Shown: positions 1 to 13,089, counted from the first letter of the stretch. The stretch: 64,000 bases of DNA from Azolla caroliniana (GCA_043228905.1 JBHGNT010000018.1:14942001-15006000); one strand, 5' to 3'. Notes: generated from the sequence alone by a model not told the origin. Numbers and translations are program-made.

Positions 1-428
1 GCTTCAACCCGTAGAGGCTCTTTTTTAACCGGCAAACCAGGTGTTCCTTCCCTTTCTTCACAAATCCCTCCGGTTGCCGCATGTAGATCTCCTCTTCGAG
101 GTTGCCATGGAGGAACGCCGACTTCACGTCTAACTGCTCTACCTCGAGGTTCATGCTTGCCGCTATGCTCAACACCGTTCGGATGGAAGTCATCTTTACT
201 ACCGGGGAAAATATCTCATCGAAGTCCACGCCCTTCTTCTGCTGGAACCCCTTCACCACAATCCTGGCTTTGTACCTTGGAGGGTTGCCGGCATCTCCCG
301 GTTTCAACTTGTACACCCACTTGCTTCGGAGTGCCCTCTTTCCTTTCGACAACTCCACCAATTCATACGTGTGGTTCTCATGTAGGGAATCCATCTTGTC
401 CTGCATGGCACTTAACCACTTGCGGCAC
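1..428 (-). mobile_element. Ty1/Copia reverse-transcriptase fragment (runs off the window start)
   Basis: Reverse complement reads RKWLSAMQDKMDSLHENHTYELVEL..KARIVVKGFQQKKGVDFDEIFSPVVKMTSIR..QLDVKSAFLHG..LKKSLYGLK, closely matching the RT of the Copia at 13090-18398. Confidence 0.93.
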
Positions 429-974
429 TGATGACGGCAACCTATGTGATAAACATATCACCCTCAATACCGTTGGACTGAGACACACCACAGAGAGTAT
501 GGACCGGTAAAGACGTGTCTTACCGGCATCTGAAGGTGTTCGGTTGTATCGCCTACGTACATATTCCTTGGATACGGCAATGATGATTTCGGCTACCAAG
601 TGGGGGACTTGGTCAACGAGGAGGTTTTCCGGAGTTGAGATAGTCTTCATGTAAGATAAGACCATCACCGACTAGGAGTCGGAGAAGAAGATAGTGGACT
701 TCGGGTCGACCGAGAGAAATCGGCTGGAAGATGTTAGGACACATTCGGTCAGAAGCCGGTTGTCAACCGAAGACAATGATGAACTGGCCGGATTCAGACA
801 AAGAACTGAATTGACCGAAGAAGATGAATTGGACATCGGAACCAGAAAAGACCCCGAATCGGATTTGGATGAAGAATAGACGGAGGAGTCGGTGGTCGAA
901 AACCAAGGATGGAGATACCCTCTAAGAGAGAGAAGGGCCCCCCGAATATTCCCGGATGCAGAGCATGTTTTATT
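429..974 (+). mobile_element. Decayed Copia (Tork/Tnt1-like), left part: integrase C-terminus and linker
   Basis: MTATYVINISPSIPLD*DTPQRVWTGKDVSYRHLKVFGCIAYVH..LGYG..RYPLRERRAP..EHVL; the frame resumes at 10170 (LTDEGEPKSF) after the Gypsy insertion. Confidence 0.92.
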
Positions 975-1421
975 TGTTACCCGGCCGGCAAAGGAGCAGA
1001 GACCAAAATGTGAAAAGGATGGTTATTCGGAATATATTTAATTAAGTAAATTAGATTATAATTATGTAGTGAACGGACGGACCAGAATTGGTATGCTGAT
1101 CCGGATCCGGACTGATTCCGAACAGGTGCCGGTTGGCACCGTTTTGTACACAGCACTGGTGACCTATATAAAGGCCCGGTTACAATGTAAAACCTTAATA
1201 GAGAATTAATATAAGCGTCTGGTTATATCTTCATGTATTGATTTCCGTTCTGTCTTAATTGTTATATCTTACGTGTGTATTAAGTGAATGCCGTATTGCT
1301 AAGTAGCCAATTAAGTCGGATTAATCTTTGTGCCTTAAGTTATCTCGCCATAACACCCTTTGGTGAAGTGTCTTCCGGAGACACCCTGTGTTAGGCCATT
1401 GTCCGGCCCTAAGGATTAACA
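975..1421 (+). repeat. 5' LTR of the Gypsy element
   Basis: TGTTACCC..GATTAACA, direct repeat of 9723-10169; TATATAAA near 1165. Confidence 0.96.
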
Positions 1422-1428
1422 CAGTTTT

Positions 1429-1439
1429 TGGCGACCACA
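1429..1439 (+). promoter_or_regulatory. Primer binding site, probably tRNA-Arg
   Basis: TGGCGACCACA, 7 nt after the LTR; complementary to the 3' end (..TGTGGTCG-CCA) recalled for plant tRNA-Arg(UCG). Confidence 0.65.
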
Positions 1440-1476
1440 ATTCTTGCACAATCGCAACGAACAACGACGGGAATGG

Positions 1477-4400
1477 ATGACGCGACCAACGAACGACCCG
1501 GTTACGGAGTGAGCAAGGCGACTTGCTGAATGGTTGAGGAAGCGAGAGGCTTTCCAGCAAGCGGCAGAAGAAATCAGAGCGGACCGCTCATTTTCGAAAG
1601 TGATCCGGAGAGTGGCCAAGGAGTCACTTCGGTTACCACAAAACACCTACCCGGACGAAGGAAGCAGCCTAAGCAGCCTTCGGGAAACGGAATCCCTTCT
1701 CCAGGCATTGGCAGCGGGGGAAGGTGAATCCGAAGCATTTTTGGCATTTGAATCGGGTTTGGATGGGGAATACAGCGCGCAGACAAACTACCGCAACAGT
1801 AACGACACCCCAGGCGGACCAGAGGACGAGGAGTCAGATACTTTGCCAACACTAGAACCCGAATCGACAAGGCTGGAAACTCCGGTACAGGAAGTTGACC
1901 ACACTCCGAAACCAGAAGTCGAGGACGAGAGACCTCCGACACCCCGGAAGTCGAGGAGTAGAAGCCTCCGACACCACAAGAGGAGCAGGAAAGACCTCCG
2001 ACGGCGATAGAAGACCAGGGAAAACCTCTGACACCACCAGAGGAGGAACGACCACCGACACCACAAGCCCGTGTACCGACACCAGATGATGATATGTCGT
2101 TCCAATATCCCAAATACCGGGATGATCCGGACGCGGAAGCCCACGTCCGTGCGTTTCAGCAGACTTGGGAAGCGAACCATGTGTCCCAACGCTTAAATGT
2201 AGCCGAAGAGGAACACTCAAAACGGGCAGAGTTCGGCATGACCTTGGAGGGACCGGCCACCAGATGGCACCGAACACAAGATCCCAACACCATCCCCATG
2301 TTTGAAACATTAAAGACAAAATTTTTGCATTTCTTCCACAAGGAGATGGACCAGCGGGAAATGGTCAGCTTATTTTATAGTATCCGACAGGAACCAACGG
2401 AGAACATCCAACAGTTTGTCATCCTGTTCCGGTGGATACACAGTCAACTCAGCCAGACACCACCGGAGGAAGAAACAAAGGCCATATTCTTAGCAGCACT
2501 CTGGGAACCCTTACGGACGGTGTGCACCGTCATCAATTTCCGCACCAACAGCATAGATCAAGTGATTGACCGAGTTTGGGAAATGGAAAACTCGAGTTCA
2601 TGGCTAACCATGGGCGCACTGCAATGTACGCTACAGACAGAAGAGGACCTCCGTTTCTGACAAGCAGTTCAATGTACGATATGCCTGAATGCCAGGCATT
2701 CGGCGCTGGAATGCACCATATGTTCCCAATGCTTGCTCTGCCACTCCAGAAGTCACACAATGGAACGGTGTGAGTATAACTTCTTAAATCGACAAGCACC
2801 ACCAGTCCGGCAAATTGAACCACGGAGCAACCGGGAGGAAGAAGAAGAACGTTGGCGGCGAGAGGAGCACTACCGGCCGACACAAGATGGCCGGTATAGC
2901 GATCGAAGAGACGTGTATGACCGGTATGATAGACAGGATAGGTACCTGGACTATAATGGACGGTATGAAAGATATAACTGGGATCACTCCCCTAGTTACA
3001 ACCACCGACCGGATGACTATGGCAAGGAGGACGACCAGCCCCGGCAAGGATACTGCACCAAAAAGAATTTCAATAAGAAACGTCATTTCAACAAAAAAGG
3101 GGATCATCCACGAGAACCGGAAAAAGGGCGCTCCAAGCAGCCAACCAGACCAAAACCAAGCACTTGCCCCCGGTCCGCCACCAAGCACACAGGCCGAATC
3201 CAGCAACTCCCAGAAGCCGTACTGCTATTATTGCCGGCAAGAGGGCCACTATAGTAATCAATGTCCAACGAAGAGCTATGACAAGCGACCAGCGGTGAAC
3301 ATGGTAGACGCGGAAGTTGCGGACCTACAACAAGTCACTACAAGATCAAAAGGCAAAGCCACGGAGTGGGAAACTCAAGAAGCCATCTAGAAGCAACCAA
3401 CTGAATGGGTGAAGAAGGCAAATGAGCGGAATGTGGCAGAGCTCGAACAACAAAAGGAGAATGCCGAAGAACTCGCCGGCCTGGGGCAACCTGAAAACCC
3501 AACATGGCAGGCGTTAAAAGAATGCCAAATCACGTTGCCGTTGGGCCGGCTATTGCAACTGGTACCACGGTTGACGGAAGGACGACAGCTGACACACCAC
3601 CAGCTCCGGCATTCTTTTCAAATCCGGAGGAAGGACCGGTAGTGGTGGACACAAGCAGTCCAGCAATCACAGCCATCGTGAAGGGAAAGGAGCTACCCGA
3701 CACGATTATCGATGGAGGATCCGGCGTGAACGTGATCAGCCTCCGAACATGTAACACCCTAGGAATCCATGACTGGGAACCGTGCCCGTTTTGGCTTCGG
3801 ATGGCGGACACTAGCTCAGTACGGACGACCGGATTAATACGCGATCTGGAAGTGACCATCGGGGGTCACACATTTCGCATTTCCGCAGTAGTTCTCCAGC
3901 TACAGGCTCAGGGAGCGTACCCACTACTTTTGGGACGCCTTTGGTTAAAAACAGCACACATAAAGCAAAACTGGAGGAAGAATATAATTACGTTCCGGCG
4001 TGGAAAAGTGAAAGTACGAGTACCAACTCAACCACGATCTGGGACCGGTAATGAATCAACGCCGCTATATGCGGAATGTGTCAACATGCTGGAAGGATTG
4101 GCGGACGAAGAGGTCGATCAATACTTGCAGGAAAATCTGAAGATCGTACCTTTGTTCGAGATTGATGTAGCCGAAGCTGTGTCACCATATATACTGCAAC
4201 CGGATGGGATCGACGAGGAACCGAATAAAGAAGCAATCCAAGAATTACGGCAAGCATAGGAGACATTGGAGAAAGAAATGGCAGTATCACAGCGCGTGAA
4301 AGCATCCCAACTAGAAGAGGTAAACCTAGGTACCACAGAGGACACAAGACCGGTGCACATCGCAAAGGAAATGACTTCGGAGAACAAAACGGCAATGATC

Positions 4401-6400
4401 ACACTCCTAAAGGAATTTCACGATGTGTTTGCCTGGTCCTACGAGGACATGCCGGGACTCGATCCTCAGTTATATCAACACCAGATACATCTGAGTAAAG
4501 ACGCCAAACTGGTAGCGCAACGGTGTTACTGGATGAACCCGAATTATGCAGCAAAAGTCAAGGAAGAAATCGACAAGTTGCTACGAGTGGGCTTCATCCA
4601 ACCGGTAAAGAAAGCCACATGGCTCAACCCGATAGTCGTAGTACCGAAAAAGAACGGTAAGATCAGAGTGTGTGTCGACTACCGGAAATTGAATGCGGCT
4701 ACGGTAACGGACGCCTTCCCACTTCCATTCACAACTGGAATCCTGGATGCGGTCGCCGATCATAAGGTGTACAGATTTCTAGACAGTTTCAACGGCTATA
4801 ATCAGATCCGAATGCACCCTGCCGACCAGGAGAAAACCGCTTTTGTCACCGAATGGGGAATCTTTGTTGCCGTAGTGATGATGTTCGAACTGAAAACAGC
4901 ACCGGCAACCTTCTAGCGGATCATCATGGAAATTTTCGAGGAATTCATTCCGGCATTCATGAAGGTGTTCTTGGATGACTTCGCTGTTTATAGCCAAGAA
5001 GGGGATCACCTTCAGCACCTCCGACTATGCCTAGAAAAATGTAGGGTTTACCAACTAAGCCCGAACTCGACAAAATGCGTGTTCGAAGTAACTAGCGGAG
5101 CGTTACTAGGCCATATAGTAAGCAAGAATGGTATCGCAGTGGATCCGGACAAAGTAAAAGCAATCCTGGAGGCACCGGCACCAGCCACGACAAAGGCACT
5201 AAGCCGGTTCTTAGGACAAATTCGGTGGCATAGCCGAATGCTCTGGTATCTGGCAGACCTGGCTACACCACTGCACGCCGCGGTTCATCAGACACCGTTC
5301 CGATGGATGAACATAGAAGAACAGGCTTACCGGGCACTAAAAGTGTTGTTGTCACAAGCGCCGATGGTGCAACCTCCGGATTGGTCCAAAGAGTTCCATG
5401 TGTTCGTTGACGCGTCCGACATCGCAATCGGGAGCGCACTGATGCAATTGATAGAACCAAAATGGTACCGGCCAGTCTATTATGCCAGTCGGAAGTTGTC
5501 CCAAGCGGAACGTAATTATTTCACAATGGAAAGGGAGGCTTTGGGGATGATCTACAGTGTCACCAAGTTTAGACACTATTTGTTGGGAAGGAAATTTTCC
5601 TTTCGCATAGATCATTCGGCGCTCCTCTATTTGGTGTCCAAAGCATCACTCACTGGTAAGCTGGCCCGGTGGACGTTACTACTGCAAGAATTCGAGTTCG
5701 AGATATTCCACCAACCCGGCATACAGCATGCAGTAACAGACTATTTAAGCCGGTTGGATTCCGGCGAAACCGATGACGGAGTCCCAGACGACTTTCCGGA
5801 TGCAGAGCTGTTTAGAGTCACAGCAGAAACGGCAACGGACAGTTCGATCGCAGAGGAAGACACGTAGCTCACCAATATGCACCAATTTCTGAGCACCGGT
5901 TTACCTCTGGAGGAGATGAATAGAGACGAAAGGAAATGCTTAGCGGTTCAAAGCCGACACTTCTGTCTATTGCAGGACACACTGTACCACAAAGGCGCAG
6001 ATGGCATATGGCGGAGTGCAGTGCGCAGTGACGAAAAGGAAGTAATTTTGGACGAGGCACACTGTGGCGTGGCCGGAGGACATTATGCCCGAGATGCTAC
6101 GGCAAGGAAAATATGGCAGAGTGGACTATGGTGGCCAACAACATTGAAAGATGTAGTCCGGTACGCCAAAGAATGCGACCTATGTCAACGAATGGGGCAA
6201 CCAACCGAACGAGCCAGAATGCCTCACCAGCTCGTGCTACCATTAGAACCATTTCAAAAATGGGGGCTAGATTTTGTCGGTCCATTCAAACCACCGACAA
6301 TGAGAACCGGCAACCGGTACGTGATTCGTCGCTACGAATTACTGCATGAAATGGGTGGAAGCGAAAGCACTACGCGACAACACCGTGGCATCCACGGCAT
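1477..6400 (+). pseudogene. Disrupted Gypsy gag-pol
   Basis: Gag (YPKYRDDPDAEAHVRAF); three CX2CX4HX4C knuckles; protease IIDGGSGVN; RT VCVDYRKLN..VFLDDF; RNase H VDASD..EREALG; integrase HHCC and WGLDFVGP. Several stops and frameshifts; integrase is cut off at about 6400. Confidence 0.93.
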
Positions 6401-6677
6401 CCGCGGCATCACAATCCGGATAGGGGTCCAGTGGGATCGGTTGCTAATTAGCAAAACCATTTATCTTAAAATAAAAAAAAATAAAAAATAAAAAAAAAGA
6501 AATCAAATCAAATCAAATCATAGTAAATCATGCAAGGGTGAGGGGTGAACGGACACATGCAAAAAGGAGTGAACAGGCACTTTGAAAAGGTACGTAGTGG
6601 GCTATTAATAGGGTATTAAACCGCCGCCACATGGCACGTCATTCTATTTTAGTACACGACGTGCACATGCGCGGGTA

Positions 6678-9669
6678 ATGAAAAAAAAAACAGGCGCCAA
6701 CATGCAACAAGAAGACCCCCGCCACATAGAAACCCTCACATTTCGCGAACAGTGGAGCACAAACGCAGACAAGCGATTGAAGATCAGCAGACGTGAACCC
6801 ACGCACACAGAGACTCCTCACACACAACCCTCACCAACGCTCACCGACCTCGACGAAGCCATGGACTGCCAACCACTCTCTGAAGCAGCCAAGAAGTGGC
6901 TAAGGCAACACGGCTTAGAGGGTTTCCTCACCATCATGGAGGCACCACCGCACCGGGAGGTGGAGAAGATGGTCAAAGAAATCGACACGGAGCTGATTAC
7001 TAAGGAGGCCATTCATGCGTTGATTGGCCTTCCGGAAGGGGGAATCTTCACTATCGACAACCACCCTACCCCGGAACAGCTCCGAAAATACTTTGGGGAA
7101 TACTCTCTGGCAAGCAAGGCCTACCGGACACAGGGTGGCGAAGATCCTCTCTTTCGAGAGATTGCCCAGGTGCTCCATGAATTCGGACATGTATACCCTC
7201 GACCCCCCTACATGCCCCAGAACCAGGCCGGCTTAATCATAGCCACATATGAAGGCGTGAAGGTGGATTGGGCGGTACTGATTGCGGATGGCCTCTGTGC
7301 GGCCATCGACTTTGTCAGAGGCAAAGAGGGTCGGAAGATATGGATGGCGGTGGTGCAATGGCTCACTCTATTGGCGCCACCTATCAAGCCTGTCAAGACC
7401 ACGAAGCGGGGAAGAACAACCGAAGGCACCCCAAAAACGGCCTCTAAACGGCAACAGCTGTTGGCGTCTAAGGCAACCAAAGGGAAGGCGGCCGACACGG
7501 ACCAGGCGACAAAGGAGCGCGCCAACAGGAAGCGGCAGGCGGAAACGCAGGAGGAGCCACCGGTGCAGCCAATCAAGATCAGGCTTAGCCGACCAATTCA
7601 ACAAGCATCGGACCCCTTGGCAGCGAAAATCAACATCGGGACTCATGAGGAGGAAACGGAGGAGAAACCGTTAGAACACCTCCAGCGGCGCCAGAAGGCA
7701 AGCACCTCCGAACATGCCGGGGAGCGTTTGGACCCAAAGAAGGATGGAACGCCTGTACCTCGCCCTGAGCAGCCCGCACCAAGGATGGAACCAGAACCGG
7801 TTCGGACAGAACCAGCCCAGAGCCCCTCTACCGGCGGGTCAGGATTCGGCAAGACCCAATATGCAAGCACCGGAAGTACAGTTGCCGACCCCACCGGTAG
7901 GCCAAGAGCATTCAGAGGCGGAGCGGCCAACGGAGCTGCAACCAGAACGGCAAAGTGGTCACCAACAAGAGCCAGAGTTGCAGCTCGACGCAACTGGACA
8001 AAACCGACCACTGGCCAGCGACACCAATAGCCAACCCTCCGGGCAGACGCAACAACAAGGCACTGGCAGCCAATGGCTCCGGTGGATTGGAGAACAGATT
8101 GCCGGAGTGGTACACTACATAGAGGTGGAAGAGAAAGCGCAGATGGATCGGTTGCTCGTCACAACCGGAGAACTAGAGACGGCCCGGTCAAGGATTCCGA
8201 GCCTAGAACAAGACTTGGACCTGGCCATAGAAGAATTGGCCAGAATGGCCTTAACCGGACCACAGCTGCAAGCACTGATGACCCCGGTCGATGTACAGAA
8301 TAAAGAAGCACCAGAACCTGTACATAGCAATAAGACCCCGGAGACGGAACCAATCCCGGAGATAGTGGCGGCGCAATCAAAAGAGCTTGCTAAATTAAGA
8401 GATGAATTGGCCGCACAGGAAGCATTACGCACCCGAGAGTGGGACTTGAAGAAAGTGGCAGAAGAAGAGCAACGAAAGACTGCTGAGAACCTCCGCCAGG
8501 CAGAAGAGAATCTGCGGAAAGGACATCAGGCCTACGATCGTCTGAAGGAGGAGAAAGAGAAGGCACTGCAAGAAAAGGAGAAGCCGCGACGGATGGCGGA
8601 AACAGAGATCGAAAGGCTGAAAGAAGAACTCCATCAGCAAAAGGACCGGGAAGACCGCGCTCGCCGGCAACTCAACCAAAAGCTGAAGCAGAAAACCGAT
8701 GATTTTGAGCACCTGCACCGGGACTACAAGCACCTGGATACGGAGCATAAGAAACAGCAGGAGAAGATGGTAGAGCTCCAGCAGGAGGTACATCGGGTTG
8801 AAACGGCGCTGGCGGAGGAACGGGCTGAAAGAACCACACTGCTGGAGGAAGCCGCGCAAAAACGGATGGAGCTGCATAAGCAACATTATGAAGAGAAGGA
8901 AAGAGCGATGATGATCTTGCAAAGGCTGCAGAATACTTATCAAACCCAACTGTCACATTACCGGGAGCAGGAGGTGGATACGGTGGCACTCATCAAGCAG
9001 TTGAAGGACGAACGGCAAGCTGCAGAGGACAAATCAAAGATGGGATTGGAGCGGATCCAGTTCATTGTCCAAGCATGGAGGAACAAGACCAAATGCTTGA
9101 TTGACGAAAGCTCCGCACAATGGTGGGACAAATGGGCAAAGCACACAGCCGAGCTCCAGTTGCTACGGGCAGACGCGGAAAACCGGCAGAAGGATGGCGA
9201 CGACTGCTACATGCTAACGAAGGAGGACTTCACCGCCGTCAGAGAGGAGTTAGCTGAAGATTTTGTAACTCTGGCAGAGGAGCAGGCAGCAGTGGTCCGG
9301 CAACTTGTAGCCCAACTAGATGATGATCGACTGGATGCTCAAATCCAGTTTGAGAGCTATGAGCGGACTAGGCTACGGAGAGAAGAAGCAAAGCAAGCGG
9401 CCACCGTCAACCTCAGCGATGAGGAGCCATCATCGGAGCAAGGACCAGACAGAGATAAGGCCGGGATGAGTCAACCGGAGTCAAATCTAGCAGAGCAACT
9501 AACGGAGGAATCACCGCCGGTACCGGGAGCCGAACAAACGCCCTCTCAAGAGCAACAGTCGGAGGAGCCGCAACCACCGCAGCAACAACAACAACAACAA
9601 CAACAGAGTTCCGAACAACCATTGGATACCCTGGAGCAGAGTATTCTGGATATCTTGGACGAAGGCTAA
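6678..9669 (+). pseudogene. Extra sense ORF of the Gypsy element (~1000 codons, one frameshift near 7820): globular N-terminal domain plus long coiled coil
   Basis: Overlapping 450-aa and 651-aa ORFs between pol and the 3' LTR; ITKEAIHALIGLPEGG..GVKVDWAVLI N-terminus; E/K/Q/R-rich helical region; polyQ acidic tail. Confidence 0.8.
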
Positions 9670-9722
9670 GGACCGGATAGTGGGATCTGACGTACAAGGT
9701 ACTGTCCCACGGGCATGCCATG

Positions 9723-10169
9723 TGTTACCCGGCCGGCAAAGGAGTAGAGACCAGAATGTGAAAAGGATGGTTATTCGGAATATATTTAATTAAGTAAATT
9801 AGATTATAATTATGTAGTGAACGGACAGACCGGAATCGATATGCCGATCCGGATCCGGACCGATTCCGAACAGGTGCCGGTTGGCATCGTTTTGTACGCA
9901 GCACCGGTGACCTATATAAAGGCCCGGTTACAATGTAAAACCTTAACGGAGAATTAATATAAGCGTCTGGTTTTATCTTCATGTATTGATTACCGTTTTG
10001 TCTTAATTGTTATATCTTACGCGTGTATTAAGTGAATGCCGTATTACTAAGTAGCCAATTAAGTCGGATTAATCGTTGTGTCTTAAGTTATCTCGTCGTA
10101 ACACCCTTTGGTGAAGTGTCTTCCGGAGACACCCTGTGTTAGGCCATTGTCCGGCCCTAAGGATTAACA
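9723..10169 (+). repeat. 3' LTR of the Gypsy element
   Basis: Direct repeat of 975-1421, followed by TSD TTATT. Confidence 0.96.
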
Positions 10170-12374
10170 TTATTGACTGACGAGGGGGAGCCAAAAAGCT
10201 TCAAAGAAGCAAAGAAAGACACCCACGGTTGCAAGTGGTTAAGTGTCATGCAGGATGAGATGGATTTCCTACATGAGAACCACATATATGAATTGACGGA
10301 TTTACCGAAAGGAAAGAGAGCGCTCCGGAACAAGTGGGTGTACAAGGTAAAATCGGGAGACACCGGAAATCCATCGAGATATGAATCCCGCATTGTGGTG
10401 AAGGGCTTTCAACATAAAAAGGGTGTGGATTTCGACAAGATCTTTTCCCCGATAGTCAAGATGACATCCATCCGGACTGTGTTGAACATTGTGGCAAGCA
10501 TGGACCTCGAGGTCGAGTAGCTAGACGTCAAGACAACGTTCCTGTACGGTGACCTCGAAGAATAGGTCTACATGCAACAACCAGAGGGATTCTTCAAGAA
10601 AGGGAAGGAGATCCTGGTGTGCCTATTGAAGAAGAGCTTATACGGACTGAAGCAAACTCCCCGACAATGGTACTATAGGTTTGACTCCTTCATGACTGAC
10701 CAAGGATACCACAAGACGCATGCCAACCATTGTGTGTTGGTGAAGAAGTTCGATGGAGGAGACTTCCTAATACTACTATTGTATGTGGATGACATGTTGA
10801 TCGTCGGACGAGACCGTATCAAAATCGGAATGTTGAAGAAGGCCTTGAGCCGGTTCTTCTCAATGAAAGATATGGGTCCGGCGAGAAAGATCCTAGGGAG
10901 GCATATAGTTTGGGACTGGACGAAGAAGCTATTGTGGCTGTCACAAGAGAAGTACGTGACAAAGGTGCTCCAACGATTTAGCATGGCGGATGCGAAGCCG
11001 ATCGGGTCAACACTTCCGACAAATTGCAAATTGTCCGAAAGATATAGTCCAAAGACAAAGGCAAAGAAGTCGGAAATGATAAAGATATTGTATGCCTCCG
11101 CAATCGGAAGCCTCATGTATGCTATGGTGCGTACCCGACCAAATATCGGATATACAGTCGGAGTGGTTAGCCGGGTTATGAGCAATCCGGGAAGAGAACA
11201 TCAGGCCGCTATCAAGTGGATACCCTGGTAGAGAAGTTGGACATGCACAACTACGCATCTTGGGAATATAAGATGCAGCAATACCTCGTCAGGCAAGGGT
11301 ATTACCGACTTGAACATGTCGGGGGATATAGACTCAAGTAGATCCACTTCGGGGTATGTGATGACCTATGCAGGGGGAGCAGTGTCGTGGCAGTCACGAC
11401 TGCAGACGTCTGTGGCCTTGTTGACCATAGAGGCAGAGTACATGGCAGCGGTAGAGGCCGGCAAAGAGCTAATCTGGATGGAGCAAAAGGGAGTTCTTGC
11501 TTCATTGTGACAGCCAGAGTACCATACATCTAGCAAAGAATGCTATGTACCACTCCCGAACCAAGCACATACAGAGAAGGTATCATTGGTTGCAGGAGAA
11601 AGTGGAAGAAGAAGAGTTTACCCTTGTAATGGATCCATTCTCACGAAAATGGATCCAACATGTCGACAAAGGACAGGACTATCGGACTCCTCACCACAGG
11701 AGTGAAGGGGGAGTTTGTTGGGAATATGTCCCTCCGTTGGGAGGAGTCGATTGTTTAGCATAATCGATGGTCAAAGACAAGGAGCAGCCGACTAATCAGA
11801 TGTGAGCAGACAGTCGAAGAGTCGACTTTGAGAGAGTCAACTAGGAGAGAGAGTCGACAAGAGGTGATCGAGGTCGAAGACACGACCGGCTAGTCGGGCC
11901 AACCGAATGGTCGATGACTAGGTCGACTAGTCGAACCGACCCGATAGTTGACAGATGAGTCAGCTAATTAGTAAGAATATTATTATTATTAGATAATAAT
12001 AATACCCATGATTGTAAATAGCCAATACTGTGTACTAGTATAAATACACCTAGGGCAAACAGTGTGCGTGTAGACAACAGTGCATAACAAGTGTGATCCT
12101 CTATTGTAGTGTGTGTGACAGAGAAGAGAGAACGAGAGGAACGATGCCATAGCTATGTGAGGTTAGACGTAAAGAGCCATGTGAGATTGTTACACTCTTT
12201 CGAGAAAGAGTGTTGTAATTTTGTCATCTTGTATATCCATTGTATAATGAAGATATGTTCTCTCGTGGTGTTTTTTTCCCGTTTGAGAGTTTCCACGTAA
12301 AACTGTGTATTTGTTTCTCTGTTTTTTTTCTTTCGTGGTATTGTCCATTCCACAACTGGTCTTTCTCACAAACA
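10170..12374 (+). mobile_element. Decayed Copia, right part: RT, RNase H, PPT and 3' LTR (~11716-12374)
   Basis: LKKSLYGLKQ, YVDDML, STSGYV..VSWQS..EAEY, HSRTKHI with stops; PPT GAGTGAAGGGGGAG then TGTTGG at 11716; GTGGT..TTTCCC..TTTCCACGTAAAA LTR motif. The right boundary is approximate. Confidence 0.9.
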
Positions 12375-12589
12375 AAGGTAACGAAACCCTACAGCAAATT
12401 TTTGTATTTGGCCATTTTTTATGTTTTTTCCATTTTTTGAAAAGGTAGATTTTTACGCGTTTCTATAGAATCTTTGAGAATGTGTGATATTGGTATCAAT
12501 GTGTTTTGTAAAATCACTAAAAAAGTACTGAAATCAAACGGAATATTCCTTATCCTTCCATTTGTGTGCGATCCTTGCACTTATGAACG

Positions 12590-13089
12590 CAAACGTGTTT
12601 ACTCCATTTTGCTGAGGTGTGTAGATGTAGGTAAACTACCATCGAATTCCTTCTTGTTTAAGGTATGTTGTGAAGGCATCGGAGAAGTAATCTTTGCCTC
12701 CGTTCGATCGAAGGCATTGTACATGTCGACCAGTTGCCTTTTCGACTTCATGTTTAAATTTCTGGAAGTGTGAGAACGCTTCACTCTTTTGCCGCATAGG
12801 GAATATCTAAGTGTGCTTGGAGAAGTCAATTTTGCTTGCCAAATTGGTAGGCTTCGCATAGACCTATAATCTCCTTCTCGGTAAAGGTTGGGATTCCAAT
12901 GACGACTCCTTTTGACTGCATTCCTTTGAGCTTCTGGAGATTGATGTGGTCGATTCTTTTGTGCCACAACTCTATATAAGCATTGGTTTTATGGCCCTTG
13001 GCAAACATTGTCGATTTCATCTACACCATTTCATCGTCTTCAATGTTGACAATGATCAACCCTAGGGAGTCACCCAACTCCTTGATCTT
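12590..13089 (-). mobile_element. Decayed Copia of a second family: GAG-pre-integrase/integrase fragment
   Basis: IELWHKRIDHINLQKL..LCEAYQFGKQ and frameshifted FSHFQKFK..LRSNGGKDY..QQNG; this is the target of the 13090-18398 insertion. Confidence 0.85.

Larger units (their letters stand above)
975..10169 (+). mobile_element. Full-length non-chromovirus Ty3/Gypsy LTR retrotransposon (Athila/Tat-related) with an extra 3' ORF
   Basis: 447-bp TG..CA LTRs at 975-1421 and 9723-10169 (about 22 differences, mostly transitions); 5-bp TSD TTATT (970-974, 10170-10174); gag-PR-RT-RH-INT order. Confidence 0.96.

Noticed and set aside
7714-9669. Host myosin/SMC-like gene or a true env gene
   Set aside because: It lies between pol and the 3' LTR inside a TSD-bounded element, and has no motor/ATPase motifs or clear transmembrane segment.
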